A stretch of DNA of 59,805 bases from Octopus bimaculoides (taxonomy: Eukaryota): NCBI RefSeq assembly GCF_001194135.2, contig NC_068987.1, positions 39,216,614 to 39,276,418 of the forward strand, in the 5' to 3' direction. The notes beneath the pieces are model-generated. The model saw nothing but the letters and a program-made list of their open reading frames with translations. It ran no database searches and was not told the origin of the DNA. Made by a program: the position numbers and the translations under genes. Shown here one piece after another: positions 11,741 through 22,356 of the stretch. How positions within the stretch are numbered: position 1 is the first letter of the stretch; each line of letters starts with the position of its first letter.

Positions 11741-12329
11741 CACGTACTCCACATGATATGATAATTATAAGCTCCACAATTAAAGGGTAGAAGTGATAGA
11801 TTTAATAGGGGAATTAATGGGGAGATCAATAACTATAGGAGTGATCAAAGAAATAGGGTTAAATATAATAAATGTATCAAGTTTTGACTACTTGATACAG
11901 CCTGTATTAGTGGATTGTACTGTCTATGCAAATAGGACTGACTATCAAATTCCTCCTTCATTTACTTTTCTCCCTTTCTCCCTAAACTTTGCTTAATAAC
12001 TGTTTACTTGGGATATCTTAAAGGGATGTATATGCCTTTCAATAAGACTGCAGAAATCAATTGGCTTATTGTCTTTTGTTATATTCAGAAGAGTTGATTT
12101 CAGCATGGCTTACCATGGAATGATTCCACAGTATATGGAGATAGACTAGCAGTTGCTGACATGGTAAATGGAATGATGCAATGGAGATAACCGATGTTAC
12201 AATACTTTGATGTCAAGTAGACGTAAACAAGATGTTAATGGTTTCCTAAGTATCTGGTGGCCTACTTTTAGATTCTGATAAGATATATGCGGACATACAG
12301 AAAAGATCTCATTCCTCAAATTTATGTAT

Positions 12330-12540
12330 TTTTTTGGAAGTTCTCAAGTTTTTTCAGAGATATTGTTTTCCAAGAGAACATACTGAACATTATTTGGACC
12401 TGTATAATATAGGATCTAGATTTGGAGAGGATTTTTCATTTGATGTCAATACTGGTCCCTTCGTCTTTAGGTTTCCAGATACAATAATCCCTTGCCATAT
12501 CGCAGTACACCTATCGCAGTTTATTATTTAAGCTTATGTC
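12330..12540 (-). mobile_element. PLE endonuclease C-terminal fragment (inverted relative to the RT relic)
   Basis: Minus-strand IWKPKDEGTSIDIK*KILSKSRSY followed by a frameshifted C..C..K segment, resembling PLE ..IW.LK....I.WKIL..Y...C.LC..EK. Confidence 0.6.
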
Positions 12541-12699
12541 GATTCCTCCATGGTGTTGTTTTTATTTTATAATAAAATAAATATATACAAATTATTAAAA
12601 ATTTTTTTAAATATATAGTACAATACTGTTTCTACTTTGCAGATTTTCATGTATCATGTGGGGTTTTGGAATGTAACACCCACAATAGTCGAGGGATTA

Positions 12700-12747
<48 letters not shown>

Positions 12748-12748
<1 letters not shown>

Positions 12749-13069
12749 TGCAAAGTTGGCTCCCACATTGGGACCATCTTTGTGCAAGCATGAAGGCATG
12801 CTGGCAAAATGCTGCTCCTCTAAATGGAAACCTTACCTGTCATTGTGGTTTTGTGGCATGAAGCAAAGCAGGCTTTGTCATCCACTCAAGAAAACACATA
12901 GTAAATGATCCACAAGCAATCAAGCAAACTGAGTCCTCAACTTGGTCCATTTGCCAAAAGGTTTGCAAGGTACTGGCAGGCCTCAACAGACACATTCGTG
13001 TCCATGGAACATGATTGATGCTTTATTTTACTGAACCCTCATTTTTCATTCATGACAAGAGAATACATC
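12748..13069 (+). mobile_element. 3' end of an RTE-X/BovB-like LINE with two C2H2-like fingers
   Basis: In-frame LTCHCGFVA*SKAGFVIHSRKH and SICQKVCKVLAGLNRHIRVHGT*, then a short UTR. Confidence 0.6.
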
Positions 13070-13428
13070 TCTTTACTCTTTTACTCTTTTACTAGTTTCA
13101 GTCATTTGACTGCGGCCATGCTGGAACACTGCTTTTAGTTGAGCAAATTAGTACTAGGCTTATTCTTTGTGAGCCTAGTACTTATTCTATCAGTTTCTTT
13201 TGCTGAAGTTACGGGGATGTTGTCAAGCGATGTTGGGGTAACAAACAGACACACAAACATATACACACACATACATATACATATATGTCTACCAAATCCA
13301 CTCACAAGGCTTTGGTCAGCCCGAGGCTATAGTAGAAGACACTTGTCCAAGGTGCCACACAGTGGGACTGAACCCAGAACCATGTGGTTCGTAAGCAAGC
13401 TACTTACCACACAGCCACTCCTGCACCT
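13070..13428 (-). mobile_element. tRNA-derived SINE, family 1 (abundant octopus-type)
   Basis: Reverse complement AGGTGCAGGAGTGGCTGTGTGGTAAG (A box)...GGTTCAGTCCC (B box)...CCTTGGACAAGTGTCTTCTACTATAGCC core, (GT)n-rich segment, AAAAG(T/A)A tail. Confidence 0.9.
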
Positions 13429-14016
13429 TATATATAAATTGGACATGGGTGATCATTGTATTCTTTCTTGTCTTGAGGTTCACAGCCAAATGGCTGGGTG
13501 GATTTGCATGGAAAATGGCACACATGTGGAGACAGATGCATAGATTGGAATGTGGTTTGTATTTTTTCCCTAGCCCCCATACTTACTGAGAAAATCGATT
13601 AAAACTTTTTTAATAGAATTCCCTGTTGGTTCCACCATTAAAACAACCAGTTGCTCACACAGCCGGCATATACCATTTTGCTAGCAACAAGGAGAGTACA
13701 GGATGACAGTCAGCCAAAACTTTCGCTATGCTGTCTCTCTTTTTTCACCTCTTTGTGGGGTTAATAATCTTAATCTTTAGTTACAGTTTCTCATTCAAAC
13801 TACATAACAGGCAGAATTGTCAGATTAAGACAGTAGGGTGTTCTGTTATTTCTACCAGGTCTAGCTACCATGAAGAGGTTTGAACTTAATTTTCATTCAC
13901 ATATTTGCATTTCAAAGATTTAACAATCTTTTCCATAAATCAACTATCGTAAACACATACACACACGCAAGCATGCATGCACACACGCACACACACACAC
14001 ACATACGCACACATGC

Positions 14017-14057
<41 letters not shown>

Positions 14058-14433
14058 CATTTCATATATCTTCTTTCAATTTCTGCTCTCTGCAAATAAA
14101 ATCTTTACGGACACAACTGCTTACAAAAATAGGGATTAATGTATAATTTCTTTCTATGTTCAAAATTAAATCAATGTTTTTGTGATTAGACAGTTTCAAT
14201 ACATCAGCACTCAGTAACAGACTACGTACAAATTACTCCTTCACAACTCCTGAAGATGTTTTCAGACAGGATTGGGGGGTAGTCACAAAATTTTCATACA
14301 GCTGGAGGCTCCAATCGAAACAGGGGACCCAAAATGATAAGGTTGATAAACGCTGTTATTAATTATGCCTAACCAAAAACAATCACAGCCACATCATTCA
14401 AACAGACCGGGTGAAACCGGGCTTAGCTGCTAG
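13429..14433 (+). mobile_element. Non-autonomous Helitron, unit 1 of a head-to-tail pair
   Basis: Starts TATATATAAATTGG; ends GACCGG-GTGAAA-CCGGGC hairpin then TTAGCTG-CTAG; internal (CA)n. Confidence 0.75.
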
Positions 14434-15501
14434 TCTATAATGTAAATTGGACATGAGGTTCGCAGCCAAATGGCTGGGTGGATTCATGTGAAAAATGGCA
14501 CACATGTAGAGACGGGTGCATAAATTGGAATGTGGTTTGTATTTTTTTCCTAGCCCCCATACTTACCGAGAAAATCGATTAAAACTTTTTCTAATGGAAT
14601 TCTCCCGCCGTTAAAACAACCAGTTGCTCACACAGCCATTTCGCTAGCAACAAGGGGAGTACAGGATGACACTCAGCCAAAGCCATTCATACACGCATAC
14701 ATATATACATACATACATACATACATACATANNNNNNNNNNNNNNNNNNNNNNNNNNNNNNNNNNNNNNNNNNNNNNNNNNNNNNNNNNNNNNNNNNNNN
14801 NNNNNNNNNNNNNNNNNNNNNNNNNNNNNNNNNNNNNNNNNNNNNNNNNNNNNNNNNNNNNNNNNNNNNNNNNNNNNNNNNNNNNNNNNNNNNNNNNNNN
14901 NNNNNNNNNNNNNNNNNNNNNNNNNNNNNNNNNNNNNNNNNNNNNNNNNNNNNNNNNNNNNNNNNNNNNNNNNNNNNNNNNNNNNNNNNNNNNNNNNNNN
15001 NNNNNNNNNNNNNNNNNNNNNNNNNNNNNNNNNNNNNNNNNNNNNNNNNNNNNNNNNNNNNNNNNNNNNNNNNNNNNNNNNNNNNNNNNNNNNNNNNNNN
15101 NNNNNNNNNNNNNNNNNNNNNNNNNNNNNNNNNNNNNNNNNNNNNNNNNNNNNNNNNNNNNNNNNNNNNNNNNNNNNNNNNNNNNNNNNNNNNNNNNNNN
15201 NNNNNNNNNNNNNNNNNNNNNNNNNNNNNNNNNNNNNNNNNNNNNNNNNNNNNNNNNNNNNNNNNNNNNNNNNNNNNNNNNNNNNNNNNNNNNNNNNNNN
15301 NNNNNNNNNNNNNNNNNNNNNNNNNNNNNNNNNNNNNNNNNGGGGGGGGGTCAGAAAATTTTCATACAGCTGGAGGCTCCAATCGAAACAGGAGACTCGA
15401 AATAATAAGGTTGAGAAATGCTGTTATAGATTATGCCTAACCAAAAACGGTCACAGCCACATCATCCAAACAGACCGGGTAAAACTGGGCTTAGCTGCTA
15501 G
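14434..15501 (+). mobile_element. Non-autonomous Helitron, unit 2
   Basis: Starts TCTATAATGTAAATTGG directly after CTAG of unit 1; both ends align to unit 1; ends ...GGGCTTAGCTGCTAG followed by T; spans a gap. Confidence 0.75.
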
Positions 15502-15583
15502 TATATATATATGTTTGAATGTATATCAACATACATATATATAAATATGAGATGCTTATGCTACAGTATATTTATTTCTTCAG

Positions 15584-15618
15584 GCACTACTTGGGAACCA
15601 GATTCAATGAAATGGAAG
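15584..15618 (+). CDS. PDE10A: Internal exon of a PDE10A-like cyclic nucleotide phosphodiesterase (xTTWEPDSMKWK)
   Basis: TTTATTTCTTCAG acceptor, AAG/GTAAGT donor, 35 nt, phase 1 to 0, joins in frame to the 19488 exon. Confidence 0.65.
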
Positions 15619-15949
15619 GTAAGTTAAATAATTTTCTTTGTGTATATCACTTGTCTATTTCCTTGAAAGCAAGATAGATGCTACAAAGAAACACCTAGAT
15701 TATTTTGCCAACATCATAGTACATAACTGCACATTTATATGTGTGAATGTATATACTATGATGTTGGCAAAACAATCTGAGTATTTCTTTATGTGTGTGT
15801 GGAGGGGGAGCGTATACATGGCTCTCAACACATTTGGTAGGAGCTATGTATATTTTTACTAACATTCTGACTCACCTCCATATATGTATAGCATGTGTCA
15901 ATCTTATCAGAAACTTTTAATCATATGGAGCTCAGTCAAGCTGTTTTTG

Positions 15950-18900
15950 GTGAATAATGTACAATTCTGATTTAAGACTAGAAGGACTAAGAGACAGAAA
16001 CCAATATGGAAAAGGATGTTGTGGAAGCTCAAGGGTCCTTCATGTGGCCAGAGATTTAGAGATGTTCCAATTGAAGCATTTAATGTCAAGGGGGAGGAAG
16101 AGATACAGATGTATGACATGGAGGACAAGAAGTTCTTACAGGGTAACCCGCTGAGACCACATCTGTGGCTGGAGTAAGTTTCTGCCTGACCAAGGGTGAC
16201 ATGGTGGTGGAACAGTGAGTTGATAGGGCCATAAAAGAAAAAGAGTGGAAAAGTAGAGATACCAAAGAATCATATCATGTACCTAAAAGGGAAGCTAGGC
16301 AACAGGTTTATCTAGTAAGAGCAGAAGCAGAAAGAAAGAGGTTTTCCAATGTTTTACAGCATGAGGATCAGACAAGAGATATTCCAGATTGCTAGAGAGC
16401 ATACCAGAGAGAATCTAGATGTTGTGGGTAAGAAGTGTGTGCAAGTGGATAATGGTATGCTTGCCCTTAATGACTCAGATAAGAAAGAGGCATGGAAATA
16501 CTACCATGAAAGGTTATTAAATGTGGAGAATTCATGGGACAAAGAGAGTCTTCCCTATCTGAACCCAAGAGAGGGACCAGCTAGTCTAGTTGACAACAGT
16601 ATGATAGATAAAGCAATCAAGGATATAAAAACAGGAAAAGTTCCTGATCCATCAGGAATTACTGCTGAGATGCTTAAAATATCAGGTGGAGTAGGATACA
16701 ATCTAGTCACCTGTATAGTTAATTAGGCTATTCAGGAAGCAGTGTCCCCTGACTTGGCTCCCATGCTGGTGGCATGTAAAAAAGCACCATCCGAACATGG
16801 TCAATGCCAGTGCTGCCTGACTGCTGCCAGTGGCACGTAAAAAGCACCCACTACACTCTTGGAGTTGTTGGCATTAAGAAGGACATCCAGCTGCAGAAAC
16901 CGTGCTAGATCAGACTGGAGCCTGGTGCAGCCTATTGGCTTGCTAGTCCTCAGTCAAACTGTCCAACCCATGCTAATATGGAAAATGGATGTTAAACGAT
17001 GATGATGTGTCTTCCCCAAATGCTTGGTGTAGCAGCTGTTACAAGGGTAAAGAAGATGCCTTAGATAGAAGTAATTACAGAGGTATCAACTTACTGGACC
17101 AGGGCATGAAAGTTATGGAGAGAGTTAGAGTTCAATTAATTAGAAACAGAATTAGAGTAGTTGAGATGGAGTTTGGTTTTGTGTCAGGCTGAAGTATTAT
17201 GATTGCTATCTTAGACAACTGCAGGAGAAGTATTTAGCTAAGAGTAAGCTATTATACTTGACAATTGCTGACCAGGAGAAAGTCTTTCACAGAGTCCCTT
17301 GCTTTGTGATATGAAGTTCTCTGAGGAAGCTAGGGACTGATGAATGACTTGTGAAAGCTGTGCAAGCTATAAACAGGGGTGCTGTCAGTAAGGTGAGAGT
17401 TACAGTGATGAATTTTGTGTGCAGGCGGGCATTCCACAGGGATCAGATCTCAGTCCCCTCCCATTCATCATCATCCTCCAGGCTATAGCAGAGGAATTTA
17501 TGACAGACAGCCCTTGGCACTTACTATATGCTGATGATCTTACTCTCATAGTGGAATCTGTAACAGAATTAGGAAAGAAATTGCAGGTGTGGAAGCAAAA
17601 CCTGGAATCAAAGTGTCTTAAAGTTAACTTAGTAAAGACCAAGGTTCTAGCAAGCAAGAAAACAGACAGGACACTTGCCCTTCAGGTAAATACCCCTGTT
17701 AAAAATGTAGGAAAGGTGGAGGTAGAAATTCATACAGTGTACTGAGTGTAAGCTATGGACATACAAGAGATGCAGTAGAAGGTTAGCAGAGAAGTATTGA
17801 TATTTGTGGAAGATGCACAGATGCCACAAAGTCTAAGGTCACATGAAAAGTTTATATTCTTAAATGCCCTGGAGGCTCCCTAGAAGTAGTATATAGTTTC
17901 TGTTACCTAGGCGACTTAAATAGCAGTGGAGAAGAGTATATTCTGAAAGTGTAGTCACTAGAATAAGAATAGGATGGAGAAAGTTTAGACAGCTATTACC
18001 TCTGTTGGCAACAAAACTTCTCTCTCTCTGAATGAAAGGTAGATTGTAAGATGCTTATGTATGTACGGCAATGTTCCATGGTAGTGAGACATGGGCTCTA
18101 AATGCAGAGGACATGCAAAGACTAGGGAAGAATGAAACTAGTGTGTTTTGCAGTGTGTGCAATTTTAGTGTGCATGTACAATAAAGTGCAAACATATCGA
18201 GAGAAAAGATAGGCATAAGAGGAATCAGATGTAGCATACAAGAAAGAACACTGTACAGGTTTAGCTATATGATGTGTATGGATCAATTTTGTATAAAGAA
18301 GTGCCAATCTTTTAAAGTGGATGGAACTCATAGAAAAGGGAGACCCAGAAAGATGTGGGAGGAAGTTTTGAAGGTTGATCTGAAGAAGTTGAAACTCATG
18401 GAGAAGATGACAAAGGACTGAGATGGTTGGCATTTTGCTGTGCTTGAGAAGAACTATCCATTACAGCAAAAACGATATCCTAAAACCATTTGGTTATGAT
18501 TGTATGTACATATGAGGCCCTACCCTCACTCTTGTCCCATCTCTCTCTGACACATCAAACATTCCCCACCAACTTTATCTCTTCCCTAGGTATGGTATTA
18601 TGTAGCTGCTGTACGCACCTGAGAACAGAATCAGCATATCATCCCTGCCCACACTATTTCAATCAATAACCCCTTTCTGTGCCTTTAGCCACTGCTATTA
18701 TTCTCAACGACTTCCTATATTTACCATTATTTTCCTCTTATGTATCCTTATATCTCCCTCTCCACTGCTCTTACACCTGACATACTTTCTGTTCTATTTT
18801 CCTTCCTAAGCTATTCCTATATCTCCCACTGTACCCTCTACATACTTATATTTCCCATCATCTGCACCTCACCCTTGTTCATTAATCTCTATCTTCACCC

Positions 18901-19195
18901 ATTTACTCTCACCTCACTTTCTTATGGAAGCATCCACATTCTCTCATCCCCAATGTCTGTTCTGCTCACCTTCTTGCATCTTGAAAGTTTGCTCTAGCAC
19001 CACAACGCTGCTTTCCTCTAACCTCCTTCAACCATGTATCTCCTCAATAGCAAGACACCTATGCTTGTTTCTCTATCATTCTTTAGCCTTTCAACACCTG
19101 GCTTAAAGCCACCCACCTCCACCTTTCCCTCCCAAATACTTCCTCTTAGTAGTGGGAGCTTTTCCCCTTTTTCCCTATTCTTCTTCTGCCTTGCA
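15950..19195 (+). mobile_element. Degenerate RTE LINE with pyrimidine-rich 3' region
   Basis: TGKVPDPSGITAEMLK, NYRGINLLDQGMKVMER, AGIPQGSDLSPL, LLYADDLTL, WKQNLESKCLKVNLVKTKV; many stops and frameshifts. Confidence 0.9.
16747..17006 (+). mobile_element. 3'-UTR-only RTE copy nested in the older RTE
   Basis: TGGCACGTAAAAAGCACC motif and GATGATGAT tail interrupt the host ORF; possible GTGTC TSD at 16742-16746 and 17007-17011. Confidence 0.75.
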
Positions 19196-19197
19196 AG

Positions 19198-19199
<2 letters not shown>

Positions 19200-19258
<59 letters not shown>

Positions 19259-19392
19259 TGTTTGACTGTGTTTATGTTTGACTTGTGTTTGTGTTTGACT
19301 AAGTACTGGGTTAATTAGTTCAACTAAAAATTCTCCAAGGTGGTGCTCCTGCATGGGCACAGTCAAATGTCTGAAACATGATAAAGATAAAA
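19200..19392 (+). mobile_element. SINE family 1, 3' portion
   Basis: (GT)n followed by ...GGTGCTCCTGCATGGGCACAGTCAAATGTCTGAAAC..ATAAAA tail. Confidence 0.7.
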
Positions 19393-19487
19393 TATATATA
19401 TTATTAAACTAGAATGAACTAACAAATACTTTATAGAAGCACTCTTGCAGAATTCTTCTTGTGTTTGTTTTTTTTTTTCCTCTGTAG

Positions 19488-19599
19488 TTTAATTTATACA
19501 AAAATAAAGACCAACAAGCACAGAAACTTATTTCAGAACTGGTTCAAATTCGAAACAAAACTGACTTACTAATAGAATTAACCAATTGTTTGGTGGCTG
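19488..19599 (+). CDS. PDE10A: Internal exon of PDE10A-like gene (start of GAF-A region)
   Basis: Long poly-T acceptor ...CCTCTGTAG, donor G/GTAAGT; 112 nt open frame FNLYKNKDQQAQKLISELVQIRNKTDLLIELTNCLVA; LLIELTNCL resembles human PDE10A [9 protein letters not shown]. Confidence 0.82.
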
Positions 19600-19687
19600 G
19601 TAAGTAAAATTTTGTTCTTTGCATGTCCTAAAATTCAATGATATTTAAAGTACCCTTCTGATGTACGATTCATTCATTCATTCATTC

Positions 19688-19718
<31 letters not shown>

Positions 19719-19868
19719 GTGTGTGTGTGTGCATGCATGCACATTCATGTGTGTGTATGAATATGCATATATGTATTTGTGTGTGTGTGTAACAAGTAGC
19801 TTATGTTAATGAAGTAACAGTCTATTCTTTAATGCATCTTTGAACTCCATTCAAATGATTGTCTCATG

Positions 19869-19878
19869 TCAGTATTCA
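19869..19878 (-). CDS. Candidate terminal coding exon of the antisense gene (S-E-Y-stop)
   Basis: GATTACTTTCAG acceptor, phase 2 start gives AGT GAA TAC TGA; ATTAAA downstream near 19830. Confidence 0.35.
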
Positions 19879-20154
19879 CTGAAAGTAATCAAATTTCTTT
19901 GATTATTTCCAGTTGCCATTGTTTTAAATGGTAAAAATCAAGTGTCAATACAAATCTTACACAAATCTTATTACTTTAGAACAAAAGAGGAAAGTTCAAA
20001 TCTTGCTATGGTCAACATTTTTTTCATGTGGGAGTGATAAAGTACCAGTGAAGTACTGGTATCAATTCTTCCTTTTCTGTCTGGCACTTAGTATTGGCCC
20101 CACTGCCTTCTACAGAATAGCAGATATTTGATGGAGGAGCAAATAACATCTCAC

Positions 20155-20235
20155 CTAGCATCCAACAAAAACCGTTCAATGAAATCAGAGATGGTAGGTA
20201 TAGATGGTGTTATAAGGAACAGAACAGTGTCAAAA
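20155..20235 (-). CDS. Candidate exon of unidentified antisense gene (SFDTVLFLITPSIPTISDFIERFLLDA)
   Basis: GTGTGTTTTTTAG acceptor, TAG/GTGAGA donor, 81 nt, phase 2 to 2, open frame continuous with the 20976-21034 exon. Confidence 0.6.
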
Positions 20236-20479
20236 CTAAAAAACACACATTTTCACATAATGCAATACTCCAGTATATAATACAAATATACATAACAAAA
20301 TGACAGCAATTCTGAGGGTTTGTAATAACCATAGACACTACTCTTGTTGCCTTTTCCTATTATTCATATCGTTGCCTTTTTCTGTGCATGTATATAAAAC
20401 ACTTGGTAACTAATAGCAACAAAAATTTTGAAAGGTATTTCTACAAAAAATGAGGCTATGATTGTGAAAACTTGCTTCT

Positions 20480-20718
20480 ATCAATATTAATTACAACTAA
20501 GGCAGCAAGCTGGTAGAATCATTAGCATGCTAGGCAGAATGCTTAAGGATGCAATCTGTCTGTCTTTACATTCTGAGTTCAAATTCCACCGAGGCCAACT
20601 TTGCCTTTCATCCTTTTAGGGTCAATAAAATAAGTACCAGCTGAGCACTGGGTTGATGTAATCAGCTTTCCTCCTTCCACAAAATTACTGGCCTTGTGTC
20701 AAAATTTGAAACCAATAT
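20480..20718 (+). mobile_element. tRNA-derived SINE, family 2 (Meta-domain-like core)
   Basis: AGCTGGTAGAATC A box, GAGTTCAAATTC B box, GCCTTTCATCCTTTTAGGGTCAATAAAATAAGTACCAG core; flanked by imperfect duplication CAATATTAATT..AACTAA. Confidence 0.85.
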
Positions 20719-20975
20719 TAATTGTAAACTAATCAAAATGATAAAAGGCAGAAACATAGATTACTGTCACCACTTGACTGCATTAGTAATTAATCAAAAG
20801 TGACAATCATAATCCATTATTGGATAATGTATGAGAACTACTGAAAACATTATCATCATGTAAGCTTGATAGTCAATATATTTCCAAGCTCTTCTTACAC
20901 AGGATGTTGTATTCAGCACTGTAATGCTAATGAAATTATTAATTGCTTTAGTGAAAGGCTTCTTAGGATACTTAC

Positions 20976-21034
20976 CTATGGTATATGGTTGCAGCTAAAT
21001 GGAACAAGCTTTGGAGAATCAACATTCTTGACCA
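20976..21034 (-). CDS. Candidate exon of unidentified antisense gene (WSRMLILQSLFHLAATIYH)
   Basis: TCTTCTTTTTCAG acceptor, TAG/GTAAGT donor, 59 nt, phase 0 to 2. Confidence 0.6.
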
Positions 21035-21856
21035 CTGAAAAAGAAGATATTCACAATTCAACTTTTAAAAAGCTACCAGTTGTTCTTATACCTGTGAACA
21101 CTAACACAGTGTTGCTAAAGCTGTTGAGGGTTAAATGTGTTGAAACGAGCTCAGCTTGGTGCATTGACAAAATGCCAGTTTTCTTAGTTGGTATCAATTT
21201 GGTTGTCTGCTACTTTTTGTAAGAAAGATTACCAATAGAGTATAGCATAAATTAAAGGAATAATCATTTCATAATCCAAAAAAAGAAAGGTTGTTGCATT
21301 TATTTTCTTCTAACATTTCCCAGTTAATTCCTTTGTCGTTATTAGTCAAAGAACTTGTATGTAATAGGAACTATTTTTAATCTTGAGAACTTCCAGTGCT
21401 ATCTAACATTGCAATAAAATAATGTAAATATCTCCAAAGAGACATTTTATATGGATTTATATTTTTGAAAAATAATTATTAGCTTCTCAATATGAGATAC
21501 ATTATACTTAATATTTAATATGTTCCTACATTTTTTAAACCAGAAGCAAATTTCATTAATTTTATGTAATGATTTGTTTTAGTCATTCACAAATAAATAC
21601 TAATTACATAATTACTACTAAGTACAAATTTCTAATGAAATATAATTTTCAAACTCCAAATCTAAATAACCTTTTCGTTGTTGCTCATTAAACATTTATT
21701 GGATTTAGTTTGAAAACTTAGGATGAGAAAAAAAATCTTCTCGTCAAGTAAATTGATGTATCATTGTAGAATCTCCAGATATTCAAGTTTTTTTTCTATT
21801 AGCCAGAGAAGGATGGTCAGTGCTTCTGACATTTGCAAGTTTTCTCAAACACTAAC

Positions 21857-21913
21857 ATCTGCATGTGCAGAAGAAACAGAAGTCAGCTTCTTAAGCAGGC
21901 AACAAAGTGAATT
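21857..21913 (-). CDS. Candidate exon of unidentified antisense gene (NSLCCLLKKLTSVSSAHAD)
   Basis: AAATTTACAG acceptor, GAT/GTTAGT donor (weaker), 57 nt, phase 0 to 0. Confidence 0.42.
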
Positions 21914-22197
21914 CTGTAAATTTCCCACATAAATAGGGTCTTTTTAAACTTAGTGGGATGTTTGGGTCTACAACACAAAAGCGCCCAAGGACCATTTCTA
22001 AGGGTTTACACATAGCTCTGGTTTAATGACTAAGTGGATATGTCATAAATACTCCTCTAGACAGTATCAGATATATGACCAATACAGTATTATTTTCTTA
22101 ACTGCTTGAAAAATGAAATAATACAGAATTAGAAATATACAGATGAAATCTCTACTGTTACAACAATAACAACAATAGATGTTTTTCTCTTTAATAG

Positions 22198-22250
22198 TAA
22201 ATGGTGCTGATGGAGCTAATCTCTATATACCTGATTGCAACAATGAACAG
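22198..22250 (+). CDS. PDE10A: Internal exon of PDE10A-like gene (VNGADGANLYIPDCNNEQ)
   Basis: TTTTCTCTTTAATAG acceptor, CAG/GTAAGG donor, 53 nt, phase 1 to 0; resembles PDE10A GAF-A [19 protein letters not shown]. Confidence 0.82.
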
Positions 22251-22322
22251 GTAAGGATTATACACACAAATATGACAGTTGCATGCATGCATTCACACAC
22301 ACACGCACATGCACACACACAC

Positions 22323-22356
<34 letters not shown>

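Noticed and set aside
12660-12700. GTGGG/CCCAC stem before (AT)n as a decayed hammerhead
   Set aside because: Catalytic core nucleotides are not recognisable.
17336-17365. CTGATGA...GAAA in the RTE as a hammerhead
   Set aside because: Lies in decayed RT coding sequence with no stems.
20866-21222. 118-aa + strand ORF in non-repetitive sequence
   Set aside because: No true ATG start, no recognisable motif or splice boundaries; the better-supported signal here is the minus-strand exon.
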